DNA of 64,000 bases, from the NCBI RefSeq assembly GCF_046119375.1, contig NW_027362761.1:604128001-604192000 (forward strand), read 5' to 3'. Source of the stretch: Phyllobates terribilis (taxonomy: Eukaryota). Below, in pieces: positions 1 through 11,116 of the stretch. The notes below the pieces were generated by a model, which saw only the letters and a list, made by a program, of their open reading frames with translations, was not told where the DNA came from and searched no databases. A program made the position numbers and the translations under genes. Position 1 is the first letter of the stretch. Each line of letters begins with the position of its first letter.

Positions 1-582
1 TTGGCCTGCCACTTCTGGCCTTAACAAGAACTGTCCCTGTGTTCTTCCATTTCCTTACTATGTTTCTCACAGTGGAAACTCACAGGTTAAATCTCTGAGA
101 CCGCTTTTTGTATCCTTCCCCTGAACAACTATGTTGAATAATCTTTGTTTTCAGATCATTTGACAGTTGTTTTGAGGAGCCCATGATGCCACTCTTCAGA
201 GGAGATTCAAACAGGAGAACAACTTGCAAGTGGCCACTTTAAGTAGCTTTTCTCATGATTGCATTCACCTGGCTATGAAGTTCAAAGCTCAATGAGGTTA
301 CAAAACCAAAAAAGTGCTTTAGTAAGTCAGTAAAAAGTAGGTAGGAGTATTTAAAACAAGAAAATGATAAGGGTGCCCATACTTATGCACCTGTCAAGTT
401 TTGTTTGAATGCAGATTGCACATTTTCTGTTAGTACAATAAACCTCATTTCAAGGCAGAAACATTACTGTGTCCAACAGTTATTACATATATCAAACTGA
501 AATAGCTGTTGCAAACACACCAATTTTTAAAAAACATTAAGCTTAAGATTAATAGGGGTGCCCAAACTTTTTCATATAACTG
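1..582 (-). mobile_element. Tc1-like DNA transposon, 5' end (TIR plus degenerate transposase N-terminus), cut by window edge
   Basis: Minus-strand ATG at 184-182 reads MGSSKQLSNDLKTKIIQHSCSGEGYKKRSQRFNL*VSTVRNIVRKWKNTGTVLVKARSGRP (paired-like HTH, GRP motif, one in-frame stop). The element ends ...CCCAAACTTTTTCATATAACTG at 582, followed by TA. Confidence 0.85.
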
Positions 583-739
583 TATATGATCTTTATCTAC
601 TTACTATGGAGTATACGCTCCCTCTAGTGTGTTTTTCCTTGATATGATTAAATTAAATGGTTAAATGGTTTTAATGATGGCTAATAAAGGTAATTATTTC
701 TGATTATTGATGGTTATGCTTCCATTTTCTATGCAGGTT

Positions 740-2330
740 TTTGTTGGAGTAACGAAGTGCCCTTTATTCTAAATATTGTCTAAGATAGGTTTATCTGTCA
801 CCTACCAAGTTGGTTAATGAACGTCCCTAAAAGCCAGTACCTGAGATTATACTGTAACTGCAGTAACACACATGACTATGACAATGAAGCAAAAAGATTG
901 ACCGCCAAGTTTATCACTAAGGGTTACAACAGTGATCTTCTAGAAAAACACACAGGCTATTATTAAAAAAAACTCACAAAGACCTATTGCAGGAATCAAA
1001 ACCACAAAACACTAACAAGGTGGGTGATGTGGACGAACCAATCATCACCCAATTCAACTCAAATACTAATTTTTTTTTTTTTAAAAAATCGTAAATAAAT
1101 ACTGGGGCATCCTAAAGGAAAATAAAATCATTGGGGATAAGTTACCCACTCATCCCCGGTTCATATTTAGAGAGGCCTGCAATATTGGGAATCTCATTGC
1201 CCCCTCAGTCCAGGAATCACGGACAGTTGGAAATACCAGCCTCTTCTCCGCACTCACTCAGGCTTTTTTACTTGCAAAAAAATGCCGGGTATGCAAGACG
1301 TTAGACACAAAAAAACACTTGAGTTTCAATAAAGGAAACACGGATATTAAAATTATAGATCACATAACCTGCAGTACAAAGGGTGTAATCTACTGTTTAA
1401 AATGCCCATGCACCAAGTTATATGTAGGACACACGAAACGCCCTTTATACAAATGTATTGGTGAACATTTGCGGAACATAAAAAATAAGTTTTGTGGCCA
1501 TCCTCTCTCAAAACACTACACAGAAAAACATGGGGGATTGGTGGTTGGTACAGAATTATGGGGAATTCAAAAAGTTCATAGTCACTGGTGTGGAGGAGAC
1601 TTCATAGAGCAGATGTCACGCGCTGAAAGCAAGTGGATCTTTGACTTAGATAAAGTTAAACCAAAAGGACTGAATAACGAAGCTGAACTTTTTGCCTTCC
1701 AATGATTGACACCACTCGAGCTTGCATTTAATGATCTAACTACCATACTTGGACCATCCCTGAAGAAGGAAACCGTAGTTTTCCGAAACGTGTAGGATTT
1801 TTGGTCCAAGCAGCTATCCGTACTACTCTGAGAGTGTGACGTCACGAACAATTTGACTCACTGCGGGTCTCTGGCAGCTTTCCTCCCAAGGCGGATCTAC
1901 TTCGAAAGCGCGCGCTAATGGCCGGAGCACCACTCAAACAGTTTGAAGCTACATGCTCAACTTGGTCATCCGGACCTTGGACTAGCAGCATGAGGTACAT
2001 CTCATATTCACCGCTCTGCAAGCGAAATTAACTCTTTGAGAGGCACTCTTTGTGAGGTGTGATTCAACAGTCTGAGCTAATTACCACTCTTGCATGTAGC
2101 TATCTTTTATAACATCTACTTAGTGTCCTCTGAGGATCCATTACTGATTCACTAACTCTATGCACATTCACATTTATGCATATTGGCACAAGTAGATATA
2201 ACAACTAAACGACTCCTTAATTAGCACTGCTGGTCCTATTAACAGCAAATCATATGTATTAATATTTATTTTTCTTACACTAGTCATATGGTGGCTTTGT
2301 GACATTATTTGCAGCTAATGGGCACCTGTT
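740..2330 (+). mobile_element. Penelope-like retroelement, 3' fragment (degenerate RT C-terminus/linker, GIY-YIG endonuclease, pLTR)
   Basis: ORF 1319-1705 has VIYCLKCPC..LYVGHTKR..EH..H..G (GIY-YIG with the CCHH context typical of PLEs). It is followed by a hammerhead motif at 1756-1798. Boundaries are approximate. Confidence 0.85.
1756..1798 (+). ncRNA. Minimal type I hammerhead ribozyme motif in Penelope pLTR
   Basis: Stem I AUCC(1756-59)/GGAU(1795-98); core CUGAAGA (1760-66); stem II GGAAA/UUUCC; GAAA (1785-88); short stem III C-GU-G; cleavage triplet GUA (1792-94). Confidence 0.85.
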
Positions 2331-2364
2331 AATATTCGCGCCGCTGTCAATCTCTCCTTTGGAA

Positions 2365-2900
2365 AAAAAAAATGTTAATGTTTACACACAAATTTCATGA
2401 GATATGGGATGGATTCTTACTTGGGGTGAATGTCACCCCCATGGCCATCCCACTCAAGTGTATAAAAAAAGTGATATTTTTTAAGCACAAGATAAAATAA
2501 AAGTTATATGTTTGAGGTTTATTTTCTTTAGGAACTTCAGGAATTCATAGTTTCTAAATCTAATAGACATGAATATGATCTGTTAATCTTTAGACATCAG
2601 TAATCAGACTGAAATCAATGTGATAAAGGAATCATTCAGAGCTAATCCTGCATGTAAGCAAATATCAACATGCAGCATTTCAATGCAAGTTAGGTCAATG
2701 CACGTTAGCATCTCCATAGCTGGTAGCTACAACCTCACACCCAATGTATTCAACCCTTTATTGTCTATTCACATGCAATTACAGGAATGTTAACTGACCA
2801 TACACTGAGATTGGGAAGTGAACAGAAACTACATGACTGGTAGGATGGAAGGCACAGGTAGTTTATATGTAATTACCAGAGTGTTCACTAACTGCAGACT
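2365..2900 (+). repeat. Orphan, diverged copy of the kinase-array intergenic spacer (no SINE)
   Basis: Aligns by eye to 8565-8612 plus 9065-9548 (TACTTGGGGTGAATGTCACCCCCATGGCC...GAACTTCAGGAATTCATAG...GAGTGT(T/C)CACTAACTG) with scattered substitutions. Confidence 0.9.
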
Positions 2901-2984
2901 GAGATTAGGGGGAGTGTGAAGAAAGGATAGAAACAAAAGTGTCTGAATTCCACCTGAACACAGTCAATAATGTTCCACAATATA

Positions 2985-5699
2985 CAGGGTAGGCCATTTA
3001 TATGGATACACCTAAATAAAATGGGAATGGTTGGTGATATCAACTTCCTGTTTGTGGCACATTACTATATGGGAGGGGGAAAACTTTTCCAGATGGGTGG
3101 TGGCCATTTTGAAGTCGGCCATTTTGGAACCAACTTAATTGTTTTCAATGGGAAGAGGGTCATGTGACACATCAAACTTATTGAGAATTTCATAAGAAAA
3201 ACAATGGTGTGCTTGGTTTTAACGTAACTTTATTCTTTCATGAGTTATTTACAAGTTTCTCTTTGTTTACAGCCATTGACATGTCGCAGAGGTTAACACG
3301 TGAGGAGCGTATAGAAATTGTGTTGATGTCTGGTGAACGCAGTACCCGGGTCATTGCAGCAGATTTCAATGCAAGACACCGTACGAGACCACCCATCTCC
3401 CATGATACAGTTAGCAAACTGCTTGCCAAATTTTGTGAAACAGGTTCAGTGTTGGATTTGCCAAAATGTGGACGCAAGAAAACTGTCACTAATGAAGAAA
3501 CATCAGTGGCTGTCCTAGCTTCATTCAGCAAGAGCCCACAGCGTAGCACTCGCCGCATGTCACTGGAGAGTGGCATCAGTCGAACATCCCTTCGGCGGAT
3601 ATTAGCTACTCACAAATGCCACCCTTACAAAATCCAGCTGCTGCAGCATCTCAGCGAGGATGACCCAGATCGGCGCACTGAATTTGCAGAATGGGCAAAA
3701 CAAAAATTGGAACAGAACCCTCAGTTTACACAGAACATTATGATCAGTGATGAGGCAAACTTTTTTGTGAATGGAGAAGTTACCAAACAAAACCACCACT
3801 ATTGGTCTGACACTAACCCACAGTGGATAGATCCCTCCAAGACTGTTGGAACACAAAAACTGATTGTACGGTGTGGTATATGGGGTACAAAGATAGTGGG
3901 GAAAAAAGGGAGCATGGACCGCACCTCCAAAAATCATACATTTGATCTAATGCCTCTTCGGCAAAAATATATATAACTGAACATGAGGTTCTTAGTTTAA
4001 CATTCTGATCAGACTGTATGAAGCCCACTGACACATCACGGCAAACCTCGTAGTGGGTCCTAACATTTCCTACCTGAACGGGAGCGGAGCCGTGCGCCAA
4101 CCACCGCTACAGCGACAATGCACGAGCAGGGCGGGCGGCCTGGTGCCTCACAGCACCCATGCTGCAAGACCGAGTCCCCATGACTACAGGCCACGCCGCC
4201 CCACAGGCACAAAACCACAGAAACAATGGCCGATACACTGCACCAACACCACAAGAAAGGAGCATTGTGACTCACCTTCCTTAAGCTCTCATGTGAGAGC
4301 AAAAATAGGCTAGACTCTCTTTGCAGTCTCCTGCTAATTAAAATCACCTGTGCCAAATGGGAGGAGTGCTGGTCCAAGAAAGAAAAAAGAATATTGAATG
4401 CAAAAAAAGGGAGCATGGACCGCACCTCCAAAAATCAAACATCCTTTTTTTTGCATTGCATATTCTTTCCCTTTTCTTGGACCAGCACTCCTCCCATTTG
4501 GCACAGGTGATTTTAATTAGCAGGAGACTGCAAAGAGGGTCTAGCCTATTTTTGTTCTCATTTGAGAGCTTGAGGAAGGTGAGTCACAATGCTCCTTTCT
4601 TGTGGTGTTGGTGCAGTGTGTCGGCCATTGTTGCTGTGGTCTTGTGCTTGTGGGGCGGCGTGGCCTGGAGTCATGGGGACTCGGTCTTGCAGCATGGGTG
4701 CTGTGAGGCACCAGGCCGCCCGCCCTGCTGGTGCATTGTCACTGTGGCGGTGGTTGGCGCACGACTCGGCTCCCGCTCAGGTAGGAAATGTTAGGACCCA
4801 CTACGAGGTTTGCCGTGACGTGGCAATGGGCTTCATACAGTCTGATCAGAATGTTAAACTAAGAACCTCATGTTCAGTTATATATATTTTTGCTGAGAGG
4901 CATTAGATCAAATGTATGATTTTTGGAGGTGCGGTTCATGCTCCTTTTTTTTGCATTACAAAGATAGTGGGGCCATTCTTCATCAATGGAAACCTCAATG
5001 CCACTGGATATGTGAAATTGCTACATGATGATGTGTTGCTCTCTTTATGCACTGAAGATGGCACGTTCCCTGAGTTTTTCCAACAAGATGGTGCACCACC
5101 ACATTATGGGTGTCAGGTCCGAGCATTCCTACATGAACAGTTTCCTGGAAAGTGGATTGGTTGTTGTGGGCCAGTTGAATGGCCACCAAGGTCTCCTGAT
5201 CTGACCCCCTTAAACTTTTATCTTTGGGGTCGTCTGAAGGCAATTGTCTATGCTGTGAAGATACGAGATGTGCAGTATCTGAAACAATGGATACTGGAAG
5301 CCTGTGCTAGCATTTCTTCTGCAGTGTTGCTATCAGTGTATCAAGAGTGGGAGAAGAGGGTTGCATTGACAATCCAACACAATGGGCAGCATTTTGAACA
5401 CATTTTATAAGAGGTCATAAACTTGTAAATAACTCATGAAAGAATAAAGTGACGTTAAAACTAAGCACACCATTGTTTTTCTTATAAAATTTTCAATATG
5501 TTTGATGTCACATGACCCTCTTCCCATTGAAAAAAATAAAGTTGAATCCAAAATGGCCGACTTCAAAATGACCGCCATGGTCACCACCCATCTGGAAAAG
5601 CTTCCCCCCTCCCATATACTAATGTGCCACAAACAGGGAGATGATATCACCAACCATTCCCATTTTATTTAGGTGTATCCATATAAATGGCCCACCCTG
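2985..5699 (+). mobile_element. Tc1/mariner DD41D (rosa/Visitor-type) transposon with long TIRs; transposase interrupted and inactivated
   Basis: TA-CAGGGTAGGCCATTTATATGGATACACC ... GGTGTATCCATATAAATGGCCCACCCTG-TA, with about 270-bp TIRs. Transposase MSQRLTREER (3281) ... SDEANF ... QQDGAPPH ... WPPRSPDLTPL(N)F has 41 residues between the 2nd D and the 3rd catalytic position (now N). Split by the insertion at 3902-4956. Confidence 0.92.
3902..4956. mobile_element. Fold-back (inverted dimer) non-autonomous insertion with 16-bp target-site duplication, probably PLE-mobilised
   Basis: TACAAAGATAGTGGGG occurs at 3886-3901 and 4957-4972. Arms 3902-4440 and 4441-4956 are imperfect reverse complements. 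The left arm repeats its first ~35 nt after 501 bp. PLE attribution is inference. Confidence 0.8.
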
Positions 5700-6620
5700 T
5701 AGATCAATGTATCAGCATTTCACTATTTGGTCACATGAATTAATAAAATGGAGATATTTCTGAATCATGCTCATAGATTTCTTTAAGCCCCATGTAAATG
5801 AAATTTTTGCAATAAATCTGCCACATCTGAATATTTTTTTACTCAAGTCATATATCGTCATGACATCTTATTTTTAACGGAGCCATTATCAATATGATAA
5901 ATTCTGACAGATCCTAATGTCTTACAATGGAAGTTGTCAGATTTCTATCTTAGTTGTGATGTTTTATCTTTTTGAAGCAGTGATATATTATTGAAGCATC
6001 CTAACCACTGTAGCCCAGACATTATGGAAAACCACTTTCAGAGCTCCCTATGATCCATTACTAGTGATACTGCTATTATCTGTTCAAAGTCTTCTAAGCA
6101 GCCAGTGATGGCGATATTTCATCTTCTTCTCTGTGTTAGAATCTTAGTGACGTCCTTCACATGTACAGGTATGAGCTGGAACTGAATAATGACATCACCT
6201 AATCCCCGAAACAGATATCCAGGATTAACCGAAAGTAACTAATGGCAAAGCAATTGACTTCCAGCATTCAGGCGCCGGTGATGTGGAAATCAATCTGCTA
6301 GGACTAGTTTACACACTTTAGTAATGGCAATAATTCAACGCTTCTTCTTATTCGGATATAGTTCCTGGTCATGAATGGGGAGCACATTTCATCAGGACAG
6401 GTGGTGATTATTTGATTTTCCAATGAAGTTAAAATCATAGTCAGAGATTCGTAGATTTAATGGGTAATAACTAGGAAGAGGATTTTCAAAAACTGGGACA
6501 AGTCTAGGGTTATGTTTAGACACTTAGCTCCACCTTTGACTTCAGTCTATAGGAACATTATTAAAATACAAATTCACTGAATGCCCAATAAAGTATAAAA
6601 AAACTTGTGAATTGACTCTC

Positions 6621-6674
6621 AACCAATCAGAGAACTCATAGACTTGTGTGTCTCATTTACACCCCTTATATAAA
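6621..6674 (+). promoter_or_regulatory. Kinase gene core promoter (CCAAT box plus TATA box), repeated in every unit
   Basis: AACCAATCAG at 6621-6630 and TATATAAA at 6667-6674, 114 nt upstream of ATG 6788. Units 2-9 have AACCAATTAG with the same TATA box. TSS is not known. Confidence 0.65.
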
Positions 6675-6787
6675 CCAGTCCTTGTATACTCTGGTCAGTG
6701 ATTTTCTCTGCTTTCAGAGACCACGTCTACCTTGAGGACACTTTGACTTGGCTTTTTTCTTTTCCCTTACAACTTCTAAGGGAAACA

Positions 6788-8111
6788 ATGGCCTTCAGCG
6801 TACAAAATGTGGATCTTATCCAGGAAAGACTTGTTTGCATTGCTTCCCAATGTACAGTAGAGATAGATCTACAGGAGAACTTCCATGTGTTACAGAAGCT
6901 TGGGAATGGGGGCTATGGCTCTGTGCTCATGGTACAGGACAAGAAAACAGGTCAGCGTGGTCAATTATCTATCACTATAGATATGGAATTATGTTAAGAT
7001 CATTACAAGATGGTATATCCATGGTTTAGATATAATGGAGGAGTTTTATATATTGTCCATGCATTTAGGTACATGGAAAAATGGGGTAAATCGTCCCAAA
7101 TTTATCAGAAATGTGTATTTGACTTAACAAAATCTTACTTATATCTCATATTAGAATCATAGTTGAAGAATCAATGAGTAAGAGGACATGTTCACAATAA
7201 TTTTGGTAGTTTTATTTAGACTAATGAGAAAAACACTATAAAGACCTATATGTGATACAAGGAATTCTGTTTCGTTTATCAATAGATCAAAAAATGGCAT
7301 TGAAGGTTCTGAACAAGAATAAAACAACTGAATTTGCCTTTCTCATGGAGTTCAGCATGTCCTTCTTCCTCTCCTTCCATCCCAACATCATCGGAACTTA
7401 TGGCATTGCCTTCAAGACATGTGACCACTTTGCCTTTCCTTTGGAGCTGGCGATGGGTGACCTGTCTTCTTTCATTACACCTCATGTAAGTTGAAGTCCC
7501 TGAATTACCCAGAAAACTACAATCCTAATATTCTTCGTTCCTGTAATATTGTCGTGTTGACTTTATTTATTTCTCTATTCCAGAATGGACTCCCAGAAGA
7601 CACAGTAAAGAGATGTGCAGTGCAGCTCTCCAGTGCCCTGGAATTCATAGACAGTAAAGGGTTGGTGCATCTGGATATCAAGCCCAGAAATATCTTGGTG
7701 TTTGAGAAGGATTGCCACTGTATCAAAATTACAGACTTCGGCCTCTCATGTGTCAAAGGGTCAATGATGAAAAAACGGTTTGGCACCATCTCATATATGG
7801 CTCCGGAGATGACACAACTTCCTGACATGGACACTTTGCGAGTGGACTACGCCTTGGATGTATGGGCCTTAAGGATTGTTCTCTACCGCTTGCTCACCGG
7901 AGACTTGCCCTGGCAGTCCGCAGTTTCCACAGACAATGGTTACTGTAGTTTTGTTGAATGGCAAAAATTTGAGAGTGTTGGGCCACCGTCACCATGGAGC
8001 AGATTTCCACGTGGAGTACTAAAGATGTTCAGTGGACTTTTAGCCATAGATTGTAATAAGAGAAGTAAATCGACTGATGTATTGACCTTCTTGGGTGAAT
8101 GTTGGAAATAA
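6788..8111 (+). CDS. SBK (SH3-domain-binding kinase)-like Ser/Thr kinase, copy 1, 296 aa, 3 exons
   Basis: Exons 6788-6950, 7286-7485, 7584-8111 (GT-AG, phases 1 and 0; 891 nt). Motifs GNGGYG, MALK, alphaC E, HLDIKPRN, DFG, GTISYMAPE, DVWAL(R), LTGDLPW, FVEWQ, PSPWSRF resemble SBK1. AATAAA at 8107-8112 and 8119-8124. Confidence 0.92.
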
Positions 8112-8611
8112 ATCTCACAATAAACCAATTTTTTTTAACTGCTCTATATATTGTATTATTGCAATCCTCAAAATGTGTAAATGTATTGTTTTACTATTAT
8201 GCTTTGTCAACTACAAAATAGCACAATTCACAGTGAATTTCAGGAATGAGAAAGTGACTTTTTTCTCATCCCATGTAGATTCAGATTGTCTTTTCCTTTG
8301 ATTTGCAGTACAAATATTTCTACAAAAAATGGGCTTTATTTGAATCTGCTCCAATAAGGAAAAATTATCCATAGCATGCACGTACGCCTTTCCTTAATTT
8401 GCAGTATTGATCTATGAGTTTAATAATTTCACAATTTCATGTGTGGATGTCCTAACTTTAACTTTTTTTATATACATATAGTAAAGCATTAAACAAATCC
8501 TCTAAAACTCTGCATATTTCAACTGCAATATAAGCTAACAAACACAATCTAACATCTTTGTACAAAAAAATATTAATGTTGGTTGAAAAATGTAGTTAGA
8601 TATGCGATGGA

Positions 8612-9254
8612 TATTTACTTGGGGTGAATGTTACCCCCCATGGCCATCCCACTCAAGTGTATAAAAAGTGATATTTTAAAACACAAAATAAAACAAAAGT
8701 TATATGTTTGAGGTTTATTTTCTTTAGGAATTCACAGTTTTTCCATCTAATGGAAATTAATATGCTCTATTACTCTTTAGACATCAGTAATCTTATTTAT
8801 TTATTTTACTCACTTATATAGCGCCATTAATTCCACAGCGCTTCACAGACAATATTGACACTGTCCCCCATTGGGGCTCACAATCTAAATTCCCTATCAG
8901 TATGTCTTAGGAGTGTGGGAAGAAAACAGAGAAGCCAGAAGAAACCCATGCAAACACGGGGAGAACATACAAACTCTTTGCAGATGTTGTCCTTGGTGGG
9001 TTTTGAACCCAGGACCCCAGCGCTGCAAGGCTGCAGTGCTATCCACAGAGCCACTGTGCTTCCCTATTTACTTGGGGTGAATGTCACCCCCATGGCCTTC
9101 CCACTCAAGTGTATATAAAGTGATATTTTTAAAACACAAGATGAAATAAAAGTTATATGTTTGATGTTTATTTTCTTTAGGAACTTCAGGAATTCATAGT
9201 TTCTAAATCTAATAGGCATGAATATGCTTTGTTAATCTTTAGACATCAGTAATC
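8612..9254 (+). repeat. Diverged ~180-bp direct repeat pair (8612-8790, 9065-9254) flanking the SINE; present in every spacer
   Basis: Both copies begin TATTTACTTGGGGTGAATGT.ACCCCC and end TCTTTAGACATCAGTAATC, with substitutions and small indels between them. Confidence 0.9.
8791..9064 (-). mobile_element. tRNA-derived SINE (V-SINE/SINE2-like, L2-type tail), spacer 1
   Basis: Minus strand: A-box TGGCTCTGTGG, B-box GGTTCAAAACC (9009-8999), central GAGTTTGTATGTTCTCCCCGTGTTTGCATGGGTTTC domain, tail stem-loop GCGCTGTGGAATTAATGGCGC, then (TAAA)n. Confidence 0.88.
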
Positions 9255-9792
9255 AGACTGAAATCAATGTGATAAAGGAATCATTCAGAGCTAATCCTGC
9301 ATGTAAGCAAATATCAACATGCAGCATTTCAATGCAAGTTAGGTCAATGCACGTTAGCATCTCCATAGCTGGTAGCTACAACCTCACACCCAATGTATTC
9401 AACCCTCTATTGTCTATTCACATGCAATTACAGGAGTGTCAACTGACCATACACTGAAATTGGGAAGTGAACAGAAACTAAATGACTGGTAAGGTGCAAG
9501 GCACAGGTACTTTAAATGTCTTTACCAGAGTGTCCACTAACTGTAGACAAGTCTACAAGAACATTATTGAAATGCAAATTCACTGAAAGTTCAATAAAGA
9601 ATACAAAACTTGTGAATTGACTCTCAACCAATTAGACAACTCATAGACTTGTGTGCCTCATTTTCACCCCTTATATAAACCAATCCTTGTATTCTCTGGT
9701 CAGTGATTTTCTCTGCTTTCAGGGACGACTTCTACCTTGAGGACACTTTGACTTGGCCTTTTTCTTTTCCCTTACAACTTCTAAGGGAAACA

Positions 9793-11116
9793 ATGGCCTT
9801 CAGCGTACAAAATGTGGATCTTATCCAGGAAAGACTTGTTTGCATTGCTTCCCAATGTACAGTAGAGATAGATCTACAGGAGAACTTCCATGTGTTACAG
9901 AAGCTTGGGAATGGGGGCTATGGCTCTGTGCTCATGGTACAGGACAAGAAAACAGGTCAGTGTGGTCAATTATCTATCACTATAGATATGGAATTATGTT
10001 AAGATCATTACAAGATGGTATATCCATGGTTTAGATATAATGGAGGAGTTTTATATATTGTCCATGCATTTAGGTACATGGAAAAATGGGGTAAATCGTC
10101 CCAAATTTATCAGAAATGTGTATTTGACTTAACAAAATCTTACTTCTATCTCATATTAGAATCATAGTTGAAGAATCAATGAGTAAGAGGACATGTTCAC
10201 AATAATTTTGGTAGTTTTATTTAGACTAATGAGAAAAACACTATAAAGACCTATATGTGATACAAGGAATTCTGTTTCTTTTATCAATAGATCAAAAAAT
10301 GGCATTGAAGGTTCTGAACAAGAATAAAACAACTGAATTTGCCTTTCTCATGGAGTTCAGCATGTCCTTCTTCCTCTCCTTCCATCCCAACATCATCGGA
10401 ACTTATGGCATTGCCTTCAAGACATGTGACCACTTTGCCTTTCCTTTGGAGCTGGCGATGGGTGACCTGTCTTCTCTCATTACACCTCATGTAAGTTGAA
10501 GTCCCTGAATTACCCAGAAAACTACAATCCTAATATTCTTCGTTCCTGTAATATTGTCGTGTTGACTTTATTTATTTCTCTATTCCAGAATGGACTCCCA
10601 GAAGACACAGTAAAGAGATGTGCAGTGCAGCTCTCCAGTGCCCTGGAATTCATAGACAGTAAAGGGTTGGTGCATCTGGATATCAAGCCCAGAAATATCT
10701 TGGTGTTTGATAAGGATTGCCACTGTATCAAAATTACAGACTTCGGCCTCTCATGTGTCAAAGGGTCAATGATGAAAAAACGGTTTGGCACCATCTCATA
10801 TATGGCTCCGGAGATGACACAACTTCCTGACATGGACGCTTTGCGAGTGGACTACGCCTTGGATGTATGGGCCTTAGGGATTGTTCTCTACCGCTTGCTC
10901 ACCGGAGACTTGCCCTGGCAGTCCGCAGTTTCCACAGACAATGGTTACTGTAGTTTTGTTGAATGGCAAAAATTTGAGAGTGTTGGGCCACCGTCACCAT
11001 GGAGCAGATTTCCACGTGGAGTACTAAAGATGTTCAGTGGACTTTTAGCCATAGATTGTAATAAGAGAAGTAAATCGACTGATGTATTGACCTTCTTGGG
11101 TGAATGTTGGAAATAA
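9793..11116 (+). CDS. SBK-like kinase copy 2 (intact)
   Basis: Same exons +3005. Variants L117 D162 T171 M197 D202 A205 G218. Confidence 0.92.

Noticed and set aside
4012-4056. Hammerhead-like CTGTATGA...GGC-AAAC...TA in the fold-back arm
   Set aside because: There is an insertion in the core, G12 is missing and stem I does not pair. Too degenerate to call.
7491-7583. MKSLNYPENY... N-terminus of the 206-aa ORF (and the 99/93/80-aa ORFs around exons 1-2)
   Set aside because: Read-through of intron or UTR sequence; GT-AG splicing gives one continuous kinase domain instead.
8995-9064. tRNA-like A/B boxes
   Set aside because: This is the SINE head; there is no complete cloverleaf or acceptor stem, so no tRNA gene is called.
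8855-9457. Repeated 87-aa and 62-aa ORFs in every spacer
   Set aside because: They are the antisense SINE and spacer sequence starting at non-ATG codons. Their recurrence simply reflects unit identity.
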